Notes: a model not told the origin generated them from the letters alone. A DNA stretch of 32,000 bases from a cyanobacterium endosymbiont of Epithemia turgida isolate EtSB Lake Yunoko (GCF_000829235.1 NZ_AP012549.1:2040001-2072000); one strand, 5' to 3'; shown: positions 1 to 10,192, numbered from the stretch's first letter. Numbers and translations are program-made.

Positions 1-11
1 AGATACGTCAA

Positions 12-53
12 GTATCAATCAACAGACTTAAACCTATAACTTGTATCAATCAA
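12..53 (+). promoter_or_regulatory. Duplicated 11-nt motif GTATCAATCAA in the ndhA leader (copies at 12-22 and 43-53)
   Basis: Exact 11-nt direct repeat read from the sequence. The second copy ends 1 nt before the ndhA ATG (55), where an SD would normally sit. Function unknown, and the left edge of the window truncates the context. Confidence 0.3.
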
Positions 54-54
54 G

Positions 55-1173
55 ATGAACACAGGAATCGACCTACAAGGCAGTTTTATTCAATCTCTCA
101 AACAAATGGGAATTTCTGATGGGCTAGCAAAAGCCTTCTGGATTCCCTTGCCCTCATTTTTAATGATTATTGGAGCTACCGTCGGCGTATTAGTGGTGGT
201 ATGGTTAGAACGAAAAATTTCTGCCGCTGCTCAACAACGTATTGGACCTGAATATGCAGGTCCTTTAGGGGTTCTTCAACCTGTGGCTGATGGCATTAAA
301 TTGGTATTTAAAGAAGACGTCATCCCCGCTAAAGCAGACCCCTTGTTATTTACCCTAGGTCCAGTGTTAGTGGTACTTCCAGTGTTTGTTTCTTACCTAA
401 TTGTTCCCTTTGGGCAAAATTTGGTGATTACAGACCTAAATGTGGGTATTTTATTCTGGATTGCCTTATCCAGTATTGCCCCCATTGGCTTACTAATGTC
501 AGGATATGCTTCTAATAACAAATATTCCCTTCTTGGAGGGTTAAGGGCAGCAGCACAGTCCATTAGTTATGAAATTCCCTTGGCTTTATCCGTTTTAGCA
601 ATTGTCATGATGTCTAATAGTCTCAGCACTATTGACATTGTGCATCAACAGTCAGGATATGGCATTTTAGGCTGGAATATTTGGCGGCAACCTGTAGGAT
701 GTATTGTCTTTTGGATTGCGGCGTTGGCTGAATGTGAACGACTTCCTTTTGACCTTCCTGAAGCAGAAGAAGAAATCGTAGCAGGGTATCAGACTGAATA
801 TTCAGGGATGAAGTTTGGTTTATTCTATTTAGGCTCATACGTCAACTTAGTTTTGTCGGCCTTGGTTTTTGCTATTCTTTACTTAGGGGGGTGGGAATTT
901 CCAGTCCCTCTTGAAAAACTGGCAGGTTGGATTGGGGTAAACGAGACAAATTCCTGGTTACAGGTAATTACCGCTTCCTTGGGAATCATGATGACCGTAC
1001 TTAAAGCCTATCTCTTGATTTTCCTCGCTGTTTTAATCCGGTGGACAGTTCCCAGGGTTCGTATTGACCAATTATTGGATTTAGGTTGGAAATTCTTACT
1101 TCCTGTTTCTTTGGTTAACCTTTTATTGACGGCAGCCCTAAAACTTACCTTTCCTGTCGCTTTTGGCGGCTAA
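55..1173 (+). CDS. ndhA: NDH-1 (NAD(P)H-quinone oxidoreductase) subunit 1, NdhA/NuoH family
   Basis: 372-aa multi-TM ORF with the conserved NuoH/NdhA blocks [57 protein letters not shown] and PRVRIDQLL. It is the first gene of the ndhA-I-G-E order typical of cyanobacteria and plastids. Confidence 0.95.
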   Translation: MNTGIDLQGSFIQSLKQMGISDGLAKAFWIPLPSFLMIIGATVGVLVVVWLERKISAAAQQRIGPEYAGPLGVLQPVADGIKLVFKEDVIPAKADPLLFTLGPVLVVLPVFVSYLIVPFGQNLVITDLNVGILFWIALSSIAPIGLLMSGYASNNKYSLLGGLRAAAQSISYEIPLALSVLAIVMMSNSLSTIDIVHQQSGYGILGWNIWRQPVGCIVFWIAALAECERLPFDLPEAEEEIVAGYQTEYSGMKFGLFYLGSYVNLVLSALVFAILYLGGWEFPVPLEKLAGWIGVNETNSWLQVITASLGIMMTVLKAYLLIFLAVLIRWTVPRVRIDQLLDLGWKFLLPVSLVNLLLTAALKLTFPVAFGG

Positions 1174-1209
1174 TCTCTTTTTTTGTTTATAACTCACCAA
1201 TCAAGTGTC

Positions 1210-1791
1210 ATGTTTAACCTACTCAAACAAGTCAGCGATTACGCTAAAGGGAGTGTTGAGGCAGCTAGATATATTGGTCAAGGGCTATCTGTTACCTTTG
1301 ACCATATGCGTCGCCGTCCAATTACGGTACAATACCCCTATGAAAAACTTATTCCCTCAGAACGATTCCGGGGAAGAATTCACTTTGAATTTGATAAGTG
1401 TATTTCCTGTGAAGTCTGTGTTCGGGTATGTCCAATTAACCTTCCGGTAGTAGATTGGGAATTTAACAAAACTGTTAAGAAGAAAGAACTCAAACACTAC
1501 AGTATAGATTTTGGAGTTTGCATTTTTTGCGGTAATTGTGTTGAGTATTGTCCCACCAATTGTTTATCCATGACGGAAGAATATGAACTAGCGGCCTACG
1601 ACCGTCACGAACTCAATTATGATAATGTTGCTCTCGGACGGTTGCCTTATAAAGTAACCCAAGATCCAATAGTAACTCCCTTACGAGAGTTAGGATACTT
1701 ACCTAAAGGGGTGTTTGAACCTCATGATTTACCCTTAGGAAGTCAACGGGCAGGAAAGCGTCCTGAAGAAATTGTAAAAGAGAGCGAGTAA
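1210..1791 (+). CDS. ndhI: NDH-1 subunit I (2x[4Fe-4S] ferredoxin-type), NdhI
   Basis: Two CxxCxxCxxxCP clusters ([24 protein letters not shown]). The N-terminus [34 protein letters not shown] matches cyanobacterial NdhI starts, so ATG 1210 is preferred over the TTG at 1183 used in the ORF track. Confidence 0.93.
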   Translation: MFNLLKQVSDYAKGSVEAARYIGQGLSVTFDHMRRRPITVQYPYEKLIPSERFRGRIHFEFDKCISCEVCVRVCPINLPVVDWEFNKTVKKKELKHYSIDFGVCIFCGNCVEYCPTNCLSMTEEYELAAYDRHELNYDNVALGRLPYKVTQDPIVTPLRELGYLPKGVFEPHDLPLGSQRAGKRPEEIVKESE

Positions 1792-1793
1792 AA

Positions 1794-1840
1794 TATTTGA
1801 TAGTTAATAGTGTTCTTTTTGTACTATTAACTATCAAATA
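1794..1840. repeat. Perfect 18-bp inverted repeat (11-nt loop) starting 3 nt after the ndhI stop; intercistronic stem-loop
   Basis: TATTTGATAGTTAATAGT (1794-1811) pairs perfectly with ACTATTAACTATCAAATA (1823-1840). No U-tract follows, so it is more likely an RNA processing/stability element than a terminator. Confidence 0.8.
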
Positions 1841-1871
1841 AACTAAACTAAGTTAAGGAGAATTAACAGTA

Positions 1872-2498
1872 GTGAATTTAGCGGAAGGCATCCAAATTGT
1901 TTCCTTTGCTATTTTAGCAACAATGGTTATTGGGACATCTATAGGGGTTGTTTTACTGTCAAATATTGTTTACTCTGCTTTTTTGTTGGGGGGAGTTTTT
2001 ATCAGTATTTCTGGTATTTATATTCTACTAAATGCTGATTTTGTGGCGGTGGCTCAAATCTTAATTTATGTTGGGGCTATTAATGTCCTAATTTTGTTTG
2101 CCATCATGTTGGTTAACAAGCGAGAAGACTTTTCTGCTTTACCCAGACATTGGATACGTAAAGGCTTAACTGCTTTAATTTGTGGGGGAATATTTATCTT
2201 ATTAACAACTATGATTTTTGTTACTCCGTGGTCAATTAATCCCCCTTCTTCTCAGGTTATTGATAATACAATTGTTGAGATTGGCAAACATTTCTTTAGC
2301 GATTTTTTGCTTCCCTTTGAATTGGCATCTGTGTTACTTTTGATTGCGATGATAGGGGCAATTATTCTAGCTCGTCGTGATATAATCCCAGAACTCTTGG
2401 ACTCTCAAGAAGAAATTGAGACAGCCCTAGAATTACCCGAACGTCCTAGTGAGTTAGAAGTCCGAGAATTAGCCTTATCTAAAGAAAGTAAACAGTAA
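1872..2498 (+). CDS. ndhG: NDH-1 subunit 6, NdhG/NuoJ family
   Basis: 208-aa hydrophobic ORF with a GTG start preceded by AAGGAG (about 1854-1859). Position after ndhI and the NuoJ-like N-terminal TM pattern ([43 protein letters not shown]) support the call. Confidence 0.92.
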   Translation: MNLAEGIQIVSFAILATMVIGTSIGVVLLSNIVYSAFLLGGVFISISGIYILLNADFVAVAQILIYVGAINVLILFAIMLVNKREDFSALPRHWIRKGLTALICGGIFILLTTMIFVTPWSINPPSSQVIDNTIVEIGKHFFSDFLLPFELASVLLLIAMIGAIILARRDIIPELLDSQEEIETALELPERPSELEVRELALSKESKQ

Positions 2499-2529
2499 AT
2501 TAGTCATCAGTAATCTTTCAAGAAAAATT

Positions 2530-2841
2530 ATGCAATTACAATTAGAATTTTGCTTACTATTAGCTGCTTCTCTATTCTGTATTGGAATTTATGGTTTAGT
2601 GGCTAGTCGCAATGCAATTCGTGTTTTAATGTCCATTGAATTATTACTCAATGCAGTCAATTTGAACCTTATGGGATTTTCAAATTTCTCCGATTCCGTA
2701 GAAATTAAAGGTCAAGTTTTTACGGTGTTTGTGATTACTGTTGCGGCTGCTGAAGCAGCTGTTGGGTTAGCGATTGTTTTGGCTATCTATCGCAATCGTG
2801 ACACCATTGATATGGAACAGTTTAATATTCTCAAATGGTAA
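2530..2841 (+). CDS. ndhE: NDH-1 subunit 4L, NdhE/NuoK family
   Basis: 103-aa three-TM ORF. Blocks [14 protein letters not shown] and [19 protein letters not shown] are diagnostic of NuoK/NdhE. It is the last gene of the ndhAIGE cluster. Confidence 0.93.
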   Translation: MQLQLEFCLLLAASLFCIGIYGLVASRNAIRVLMSIELLLNAVNLNLMGFSNFSDSVEIKGQVFTVFVITVAAAEAAVGLAIVLAIYRNRDTIDMEQFNILKW

Positions 2842-2850
2842 AAAATTGTC

Positions 2851-3435
2851 TTATTTAACCTTAGATTTTCCCGAACCAGATGAACGTCTCCGTCGGGAAT
2901 TTTTTTTGTTTTTAGTTCGCTTTGGCGTTTGTCTCTGATACTTCTTTATCGCTGATATGATGTAATCACTGATGGTGTGACTCATTGCCCCTAATTCTAA
3001 TCCTACTCCCAAGACGATCACTTCTTGGGAATATCTAGTGACCATTAATTGTATGACCTTGTGGGTAAACTGTTGCAAACTCCAGTCAAACCTCCAAATT
3101 AACTGGACAATAACTACCCCAGTGATAGCTAGTAATATTAAAACAGTAAAAAGATACAACAAACGTAGAATGGTCCCAATCAGAAATCCATGAGAAAACA
3201 GAGAACGATGTTTGATGAAATATCGGTAGGGAAGCCATATCCCTCGAATAATTCCCCACCTTTTGTATTGAATCGAGTGAATATCGAGATCAGGACCGAA
3301 CATTAATCCACTAAAGAGATAAGAACCCGCGATTAATAACGTCAGTCTTCTATGACCACTTAAAAAATAAGTAAATCCAACCATTAGAGGTAAACTACAA
3401 AACGTAATGTGATCGTGAGTACGTCCAGAAGGCAT
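2851..3435 (-). CDS. DUF2227-family putative metal-binding membrane protein with a polybasic C-terminal tail
   Basis: The N-terminus MPSGRTHDHIT, then FGPDLDIHSIQYKRWG and HRSLFSHG, match my recollection of the DUF2227 family. The C-terminus is KKYQRQTPKRTKNKKNSRRRRSSGSGKSKVK. The gene is convergent with ndhE across a 9-nt gap. Confidence 0.75.
   Translation of the reverse strand: MPSGRTHDHITFCSLPLMVGFTYFLSGHRRLTLLIAGSYLFSGLMFGPDLDIHSIQYKRWGIIRGIWLPYRYFIKHRSLFSHGFLIGTILRLLYLFTVLILLAITGVVIVQLIWRFDWSLQQFTHKVIQLMVTRYSQEVIVLGVGLELGAMSHTISDYIISAIKKYQRQTPKRTKNKKNSRRRRSSGSGKSKVK
2868..2907 (+). terminator. Candidate intrinsic terminator of the ndh operon, embedded in the 3' coding end of the convergent gene
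   Basis: TTCCCGA (2868-2874) pairs with TCGGGAA (2893-2899) and is followed by T8 (2900-2907). The stem is short (7 bp) and the loop is long (18 nt). Confidence 0.35.
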
Positions 3436-3495
3436 AAAGAAAATCTATTCTTGTTGTTTAATTGTCAAAAGATATGTTAGCATTAAAGCAGTTTG

Positions 3496-3567
3496 GGGCG
3501 ATTAGCTCAGCGGTAGAGCTCCTGCCTTACAAGCAGGCTGTCACTGGTTCAAATCCAGTATCGCCCA
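3496..3567 (+). tRNA. tRNA-Val, anticodon UAC
   Basis: Hand-folded cloverleaf: acceptor GGGCGAT/ATCGCCC, D stem GCTC/GAGC, anticodon stem CCTGC/GCAGG with loop CTTACAA, T stem ACTGG/CCAGT with TTCAAAT loop, discriminator A. It is 72 nt and CCA is not encoded. Confidence 0.95.
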
Positions 3568-3863
3568 TCCCTTTGATTTGATTAGTGAAGTTCTTTCTGT
3601 AAGAAGAACATCTTTCCTGTCAAAAAGCTGATACACTTCTATAAAATAGGGAAGAAATCGTCAATTATCTGATATGAGTGCATTCAACTCGGCTTGTTTT
3701 ATCTATTTTGATCTACTTAGACAAGAAATCACTGTTAAGCTGATTATACGACGGGGAAGTGCGAATATCTAGATTAAACTTTCATTTCTACTCTTAACTC
3801 ATATCTTAACACTTCAATGTTAAACTCTCCTTGAAAACTCAGTGAACGCCAGGGAAATTTGAA

Positions 3864-4926
3864 CTAGAAAGACTTCCTGAGAACATTCTTCTCGTGAGAA
3901 AAAGTATCAAAGCTAGCTTTTCCATGGTAGCTCCCCATACCACCCACTTTCTCCGACACCGCCCAAGGAAAGCTCCCAAACTTTAAACGACGTACTACCG
4001 TATCATTGAAGCAGACTTTTACAGAGAAAATTGAGTGTAAAATATTTTTTTGCTGATCTCGAGAAAACAAGTAGAGGGCTAAAGGCTTAGAATGTTGATT
4101 TACTCAAGTAATAGCTTCTTCGAAACTTCCATATTCCAGAACTGGCAAAATAGGACCAAAGATTTCCTTATAATGGGATCATGCCAACTCACCTTGTCTA
4201 GAACAGTAGGAGCAATACAGGTCTGTCCGGTGTTGATAAACTGGTCACAGGCAATTCGCTTAGCAGCGTAACCCACATTAATATTGTCATCGACAATACA
4301 GGGACTTTTGTCTCTTCATCCTAGGGTAACTGGTGTTAGATGTTTAGCGGACACATTCTTATGAAAGTGTCCAACAGATGCTCCTCCAGTAAAAAAAGTA
4401 TAGTAAAATTTGTGGGCTAATACTTAATATCTCCTTCTACAACAGAGACATAATATCGAAGGTGGAATGAACCAGGTTAGCCACCACTTGAAAAGTGAAA
4501 GGAGCTTGTTCAGAAAGTTTGAGAATAACACAGTTTTCAGCTGCAATCGCTCCCACTAGGGGAGAAATCATTAGTTGTAAAGGGTAATTTCAGGTACCGA
4601 AAATCAACACAACTCCTAAAGGTTCTGGTTTAATCTAAACTAAAGCTAGTAATTGATAGTTGGGGTTTAATCCAAGATTTCAGGTTTTGAAGAGTTAGAT
4701 TAATCTCTTCTAGAGTCGCAATTTAGAAATAGGACTCAAATGCAGGTCGGACCAAATCATCTTTAGTGGCTTCAACAATTGCCTCTTGATGATCAATGAT
4801 TCCTTTCTTTTAATTTTCCAGTTATGTTAGACAAAAGTTTACGGATTTCATCTAGCTAGTTCCCAACAGTGCCCTTTGTTGTTGGATTCCATCCTCAATT
4901 GGAGTTGTTGTTGTCTCAATGATCAT
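3864..4926 (-). pseudogene. Aldehyde dehydrogenase (ALDH superfamily, ALDH3-like) pseudogene
   Basis: Minus-strand translation gives MIIETTTTPIEDGIQQQRALLG from ATG 4926. The glutamate/cysteine block reads TPVTLG*RDKSPCIVDD..FINTGQTCIAP, versus the family consensus TLELGGKSP...GQxCxAP. The stop lies at 4316-4318 and the catalytic Cys codon at 4217-4219. Further on it reads [34 protein letters not shown] (stop at 4104-4106) and ends GGMGSYHGKASFDTFSHEKNVL. There are multiple stops and frameshifts. The ~1.06 kb length is short of the ~1.4 kb expected, so internal deletions have also occurred. Confidence 0.88.
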
Positions 4927-5201
4927 TAACTTTTTTCAAAAAAAGCAATTTAACTCTCTTAGCTTATAGTACTACTTAACTGACACGACTGAAAAAGTTT
5001 ATCCGCGTAATATTTCATGAGAAAGTTAAGCTTTCTTGAATATCTCTGGCTAAGTTCAATAAAAATGAGTAACTTAGAAACAATAGGATATAATTTACGC
5101 AGGGTGGTATCTATCTTTATTGTCCAAATTATATTCAATCGGAGAATGGTCCTGAAAGCTCATATTTTAATAATTAAAAATAAAACCTATAATTTGTGAC
5201 T

Positions 5202-5489
5202 ATGAATATTACCATCATAAGTTGGGTGTTGGGCATATTTTTTGCTTTAATGACCTTTTTATTTATCATAAGAATCATTCTAACTTGGTATCCTCAAATA
5301 GAATTGAATTATTTTCCTTGGACATTAATTGTTTATCCCACAGAACCGTTATTAACTCCTGTTCGTAAGATCATTCCTCCTTTGGGTGGCGTGGATATTA
5401 GCCCGATTATTTGGGTAGGGATTTTTAGTTTATTAAGAGAAATTTTATTAGGACAGCAAGGATTAATTACGATGATTTTATCAACTTAA
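5202..5489 (+). CDS. YggT family (Ycf19-like) small membrane protein
   Basis: The block IRIILTWYPQI ... PTEPLLTPVRKIIPPLGGVDISPII is the characteristic YggT motif pattern. ATG 5202 is preferred to GTG 5196. Confidence 0.85.
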   Translation: MNITIISWVLGIFFALMTFLFIIRIILTWYPQIELNYFPWTLIVYPTEPLLTPVRKIIPPLGGVDISPIIWVGIFSLLREILLGQQGLITMILST

Positions 5490-5617
5490 TTGGACCCATA
5501 GTATTTTTCGTGTATTAGGCTACTAAAAGCTCCGGTTTTAAATGGGTTATCTAGTTCAGTTATACCAACAAAACTTTTTACAATAGTTTCTTTTGACGTC
5601 ACTAGCCTGTTGCTTCT

Positions 5618-7615
5618 ATGCCTGAATTTACTGTATCACCAGTTGTTGAGTCTCCAGATTTGATTACCATTAAAACCCAACCCATTCATATTCCCCAAAG
5701 CCATGGTGAAGATTTAGGTCCCATTAGCGATTTTGCTCCTGAAAGTTGGAGTTATAACCCAGAGAGTATTGAGGAGTATTACAGTAAACGTTTTCTAGCA
5801 GTTTTACATCGGTTGATTAGTATTGCTTTACAATCTTCTTGGTTTTTTTTAAGTTTATGGTGGGATAAGTTAAGGGGAATCAACCCTAAAGATAATCGCA
5901 AACGGGCAATTCAGTTGCGGGAAATACTTACCAGATTAGGACCTGCTTATATTAAAATTGGACAGGCTCTGTCAACACGTCCTGATTTAGTTCCTCCTTA
6001 TTATCTTGATGAATTAACCTCCTTACAAGATCATATTCCTTCTTTCCCTAATGAGATTGCCTATCGTTTTATTGAAGAAGAATTAGGAGAATCTCCCGAA
6101 GCGATTTACGCAGAAATTTCTCCCCAACCCTTGGCTGCAGCTTCCTTAGGACAAGTGTATAAAGGAAAATTAAAAAATGGAGAACAAGTAGCTATAAAGG
6201 TACAGCGTCCTGATTTGATTAGACGCATAACATTAGATATTTATCTAATGCGAAATCTAGCTAGTTGGGCACAGCAAGTATTCAAATTTATTCGCTCAGA
6301 TTTAGTTTCTATTACAGATGAATTAGCCAGTCGTATTTTTGAAGAGATTAACTACATTCAAGAAGGGAAAAATGCCGAAAAATTTGCCAAATTTTATGGA
6401 TATTTACCTGAAATTTATGTACCTAAAATTTACTGGAAGTATACGGGAAGACGCGTTTTAACAATGGAATGGATAGAAGGAACAAAGTTAACCGATATTC
6501 AAAAAGTTCAAGCCAAAGGAATTAATGCAACTCACCTGGTAGAAGTCGGGGTTCAATGTTCTTTGCGTCAATTGTTAGAACATGGTTTCTTCCATGCTGA
6601 TCCTCATCCAGGGAACTTATTAGCTATGGATAATGGGCAATTAGCTTATTTAGATTTTGGTATGATGAGTCAGATCAAGCCCTATCAACGTTATGGTCTA
6701 ATTGAGGCAGTTGTCCACCTAGTTAATCGTGATTTTGAATCGTTGGCTTATGATTATGTTAAGCTAGACTTCCTCCAACCCGATACAGATTTATCTCCAA
6801 TTATTCCAGCTTTAAGTCAAGTTTTTGGTAATGCTTTGGGAGCAAGTGTTGCTGAGTTAAACTTTAAGAGTATTACTGATCAGATGTCTGCAATGATGTA
6901 CGAGTTTCCTTTTCGTGTCCCTGCTTATTATGCTTTGATTATTCGATCAATGGTAACCTTAGAAGGGATTGCAATTGGCATTGATCCTAACTTTAAAGTC
7001 CTCAGCAAAGCTTATCCTTATGTTGCGAAACGACTCCTAACTGATCCATCTCAAGAATTACGAACTTCCCTTAAAAATTTATTATTTAAAGATGGAAGTT
7101 TCCGATGGAATCGTTTAGAAAATTTGTTAAGGAATGCTAAAGATTCTCAGGAATATGATATTGATATAGTTCTCGAGCAAGCTACTGAGTTTCTCTTCTC
7201 TGAAAGAGGATTATTTATTCGGGAATATTTCATTGATGAGGTAATTCATGCTGCCGATTTATTGGGTCGTCGAACCTGGTTTACTGCTTCTACAATAGTG
7301 AGAAAACAAGTAGGTTTAGCCGTTGAAGAAACTCCTTCAGACTTTAAAAATAATGGGCAAACAACAGAACATTTAAAAAATATTTTAAAAATCCTTCAGG
7401 AAACCCCAGGATTCGACCACATGCACCTCGTTACCATAGCTACAAAACTATTAGTTAAACCAGAAATTAAACAGATGGGACAAAAAATTGTTGAAGGGTT
7501 AATGCAAAAAGTAGTTGCTCGTCTAATTTATAATTTACTTCTAGACTGGGATAAACCTCAAGACAGGAAAAGTACTATATCTTTGACTAAAAAATCTTTA
7601 TATATAGCTTCTTAG
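5618..7615 (+). CDS. ABC1/UbiB/AarF atypical kinase family protein
   Basis: 665 aa. The blocks LGPAYIKIGQALSTRPDLVP, AAASLGQVYKGKL..GEQVAIKVQRPD and FFHADPHPGNL are the ABC1 kinase signatures. Confidence 0.9.
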   Translation: MPEFTVSPVVESPDLITIKTQPIHIPQSHGEDLGPISDFAPESWSYNPESIEEYYSKRFLAVLHRLISIALQSSWFFLSLWWDKLRGINPKDNRKRAIQLREILTRLGPAYIKIGQALSTRPDLVPPYYLDELTSLQDHIPSFPNEIAYRFIEEELGESPEAIYAEISPQPLAAASLGQVYKGKLKNGEQVAIKVQRPDLIRRITLDIYLMRNLASWAQQVFKFIRSDLVSITDELASRIFEEINYIQEGKNAEKFAKFYGYLPEIYVPKIYWKYTGRRVLTMEWIEGTKLTDIQKVQAKGINATHLVEVGVQCSLRQLLEHGFFHADPHPGNLLAMDNGQLAYLDFGMMSQIKPYQRYGLIEAVVHLVNRDFESLAYDYVKLDFLQPDTDLSPIIPALSQVFGNALGASVAELNFKSITDQMSAMMYEFPFRVPAYYALIIRSMVTLEGIAIGIDPNFKVLSKAYPYVAKRLLTDPSQELRTSLKNLLFKDGSFRWNRLENLLRNAKDSQEYDIDIVLEQATEFLFSERGLFIREYFIDEVIHAADLLGRRTWFTASTIVRKQVGLAVEETPSDFKNNGQTTEHLKNILKILQETPGFDHMHLVTIATKLLVKPEIKQMGQKIVEGLMQKVVARLIYNLLLDWDKPQDRKSTISLTKKSLYIAS

Positions 7616-9714
7616 AGACTTTAGGTCAAGTAAATCTCTAAAATAAATATCGGAATGTGTTTAGTTTGTTTAACGCACCTTGGTCGTTTATTAGTACTAA
7701 ATTTATGTGTAAAATTTAAATTTTTTTTAATTATACAAATAATTTAAAAATTCGGAAAAATAGACTTGTTAGAATCATAACTTATAATAAATTTTTTCAA
7801 AAAAACTTATTTCCAATAAGAAGGAAACAATCTAGATTAAAACGATATCTGAAGAAACTTATTTAGCTTTGTAGCTTAAGTTGAATGAAACTAAAAAGTA
7901 GTTCCTTGAGAAGCAAAGATTTTGTCGGGTTGAGAAGATATTATTTACCTTGGAAAGTATCTCAGGGGCAGACTCTCAAAAATAGTGTGGTTGCTGTAGC
8001 AATAAATATAATCATAGCGGATAAATTTTGAATAAATATGATTAAATAGAAGAAGAAATGCCTAAGTTTTAAAACCCAATAATTTTAAGCAAAGAGGAGA
8101 AAAAAATATCTATTAACTGATAAGCTACTTTAAAAAAGTAGCTTATCAATTCAAATTAATACCAGCATATAGGCGAATATGAAAAGGACTAAAAGTAGCT
8201 CGTTAGATGAAAAAAATTGTGTTAAAAAAGTTTGGAACCAAAAAGGATGAGATTAATTGAAAAAGTTTAGATATTCTTGTCAGAGTCTAAGAGAACAGCA
8301 AAGAAATAAAGAGCCTTTAAACAATAGAAATATTTGTTGAAAATTTACTTTTAAAAATTTAAAACCTAGAAAAAATATCTAAAATAATGAGATAGGTATG
8401 TGTGGTTTTTATGCACCTAGAGTAGGATTAAAACCAATCAGAAAAAAAGTATAAAGTCTTGGGAAAGACCAACCGCTATAGGAAGTCAGAGCTATGAATG
8501 GTTGTTCATACGTTTATGGATTTCTCAAACTACTAAAGAGAGTAACTTTATAACATTCAATCCCAAGAGCAAACATAAAATGGCTGAATTTAGTTGATAA
8601 ACATTTAGCTAAAGATATAGGGCTATCTAAAAAAAATATTAATAGAAGATAATAATAAATGATTTTGTAGTAAAAAGGTAAAATTATTTCATAAATTACT
8701 AGGAAATCTTTATAAGCTTACTCTTCATAATTAGGACCAGTATAAAGATGATGGATATTATGTAGATGAGTCTTGATTTAATGAGTATTTTAAACTATTT
8801 TATTCATCTTTGTAATTAACTAATAGCTTATATATTGTTACTTGAATTTTTTTAAAATTCAGAGGAAGATAATAGTTTGTTATTGATAATTTCTATTTTA
8901 AATAATTGTAAAATTAGTCGTATTTTAACTTAAATATAAAAAATAAAACCGTGATTTTGACAAAATTTAAAATCACTTTTATCAAGTCTCTAGATAGATT
9001 CTTTTATTGACTATAAAATATTAAGACAATGATAATAAATCTTTGTTCAGCTAAGTCGATAATAGATGTGAAATAAACCTTTTTAAAATAATTTATAAAT
9101 ATTTGAGGTCTAAATAAGGCAAAATGACTATAGCAGTAGCTCCTTAGAATACTTTTCATGATTTTATTAATTATGGTCAACAAGTTCAGAAATCTCTGCT
9201 AACTAGAATCTATAATCGTTCTTATTGTGGTTATCTTAAATGTAGAGATTGAAATACTGTCTTAATTATTTTGTACAAAGGTTTAAGTAGGTTGGAGCAC
9301 AGTTAAACTCAAGCGTTAGGAGAGACTTCCTCGTGGTAATATCAAAAAATATTACTGGTTGATAGAGACTGATTAATTAAAGTAGATGATTTAAAAATTA
9401 CGCTAAACATTTATTTTCTGCAATAGATAAAGTGATCACTATCTATATATTTGATCAACTCAAAATTGCTCAATAATAACCAGCTATGTTAACAAAATTT
9501 TTATAAAAAAAGTAACTATCTCTTAGTTTAAAACCTATAAACTTACAATTAATTTTAAAAGATAATCATCTTTATATTTTAACCAAATTATTAATTTACT
9601 CTTTGACCCTCATTAAATATAATTTTATAAATAATTTAAAACCTTAGTTTAAATAACCTAATATTTTTTGACTATAAAATTACTAAATAAACTTTTACTA
9701 ACTTCGTTTAAACC

Positions 9715-9780
9715 TTAATAATCTCAGATAAAAAAAGATAATATCCCTCGATGTTATCTTTTTTTATCTGAGATTATTAA
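9715..9780. repeat. Perfect 27-bp inverted repeat with a 12-nt loop, inside the largest gene desert
   Basis: TTAATAATCTCAGATAAAAAAAGATAA (9715-9741) is the exact reverse complement of 9754-9780. The loop is TATCCCTCGATG. Checked base by base. Confidence 0.9.
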
Positions 9781-10192
9781 CTATTTCTAATTATGAAACT
9801 AAATTACTGGGCACGAGATAAATCGTAGAACGTCTCGAACAAATAATCACGGAATAAATATTGGTATTTAGGGATAAAATACTGAGTATAGAGATTTTCA
9901 ATAACACTCAGCTGTAGATTTATTCATAATAGGTTTAATGGCCATTTTTTATTTTAAAAACCAATCCTATTTTATTAGTTTTCTGCGCTTTATTTCTAGC
10001 GAGAGCTAAATCTTTTTAAGATCAATCATTTTGAGCTCATTTATGCAATGTGCAACTCCTATAAGCCAAACTAGGAAAAAATACCTCATCAAGATCTTGA
10101 CCTTGCTGAAATAACTTAGGAAAAAAGCCAGGAATTTACCTAGCTTTTTGATAAATATTCTTGAGTAGACACTTCAGGAGTTGCGAAATTTT

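Noticed and set aside
629-838. 69-aa ORF antisense to ndhA
   Set aside because: It lies entirely inside the well-supported ndhA frame, has no RBS and has a low-complexity translation. This is a typical shadow ORF.
1183-1450. TTG-initiated 9-codon extension of ndhI (1183) and an alternative-frame 81-aa ORF (1205-1450)
   Set aside because: Cyanobacterial NdhI proteins begin MFN.LKQV, which corresponds to ATG 1210. The 81-aa ORF is an out-of-frame overlap with no motif.
5017-5199. 60-aa ORF upstream of yggT
   Set aside because: It has AT-rich composition, an Ile/Asn/Lys-rich low-complexity translation, no RBS and no recognisable motif. It is probably noise in the spacer left after the ALDH pseudogene.
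7616-10192. Searched the largest desert for pseudogene remnants, tandem repeats or a CRISPR-like array. I noticed CTTAGTTTAAA at 9522-9532 and 9643-9653, GTTTAAACCTTAATAA at about 9705, and TTGACTATAAAAT at about 9007 and about 9669.
   Set aside because: The shared words are 11-13 nt of A/T-rich sequence at irregular spacing, with no spacer-repeat periodicity. That is within reach of chance in DNA this biased. No frame gave a recognisable protein block. The origin of the desert remains unknown.
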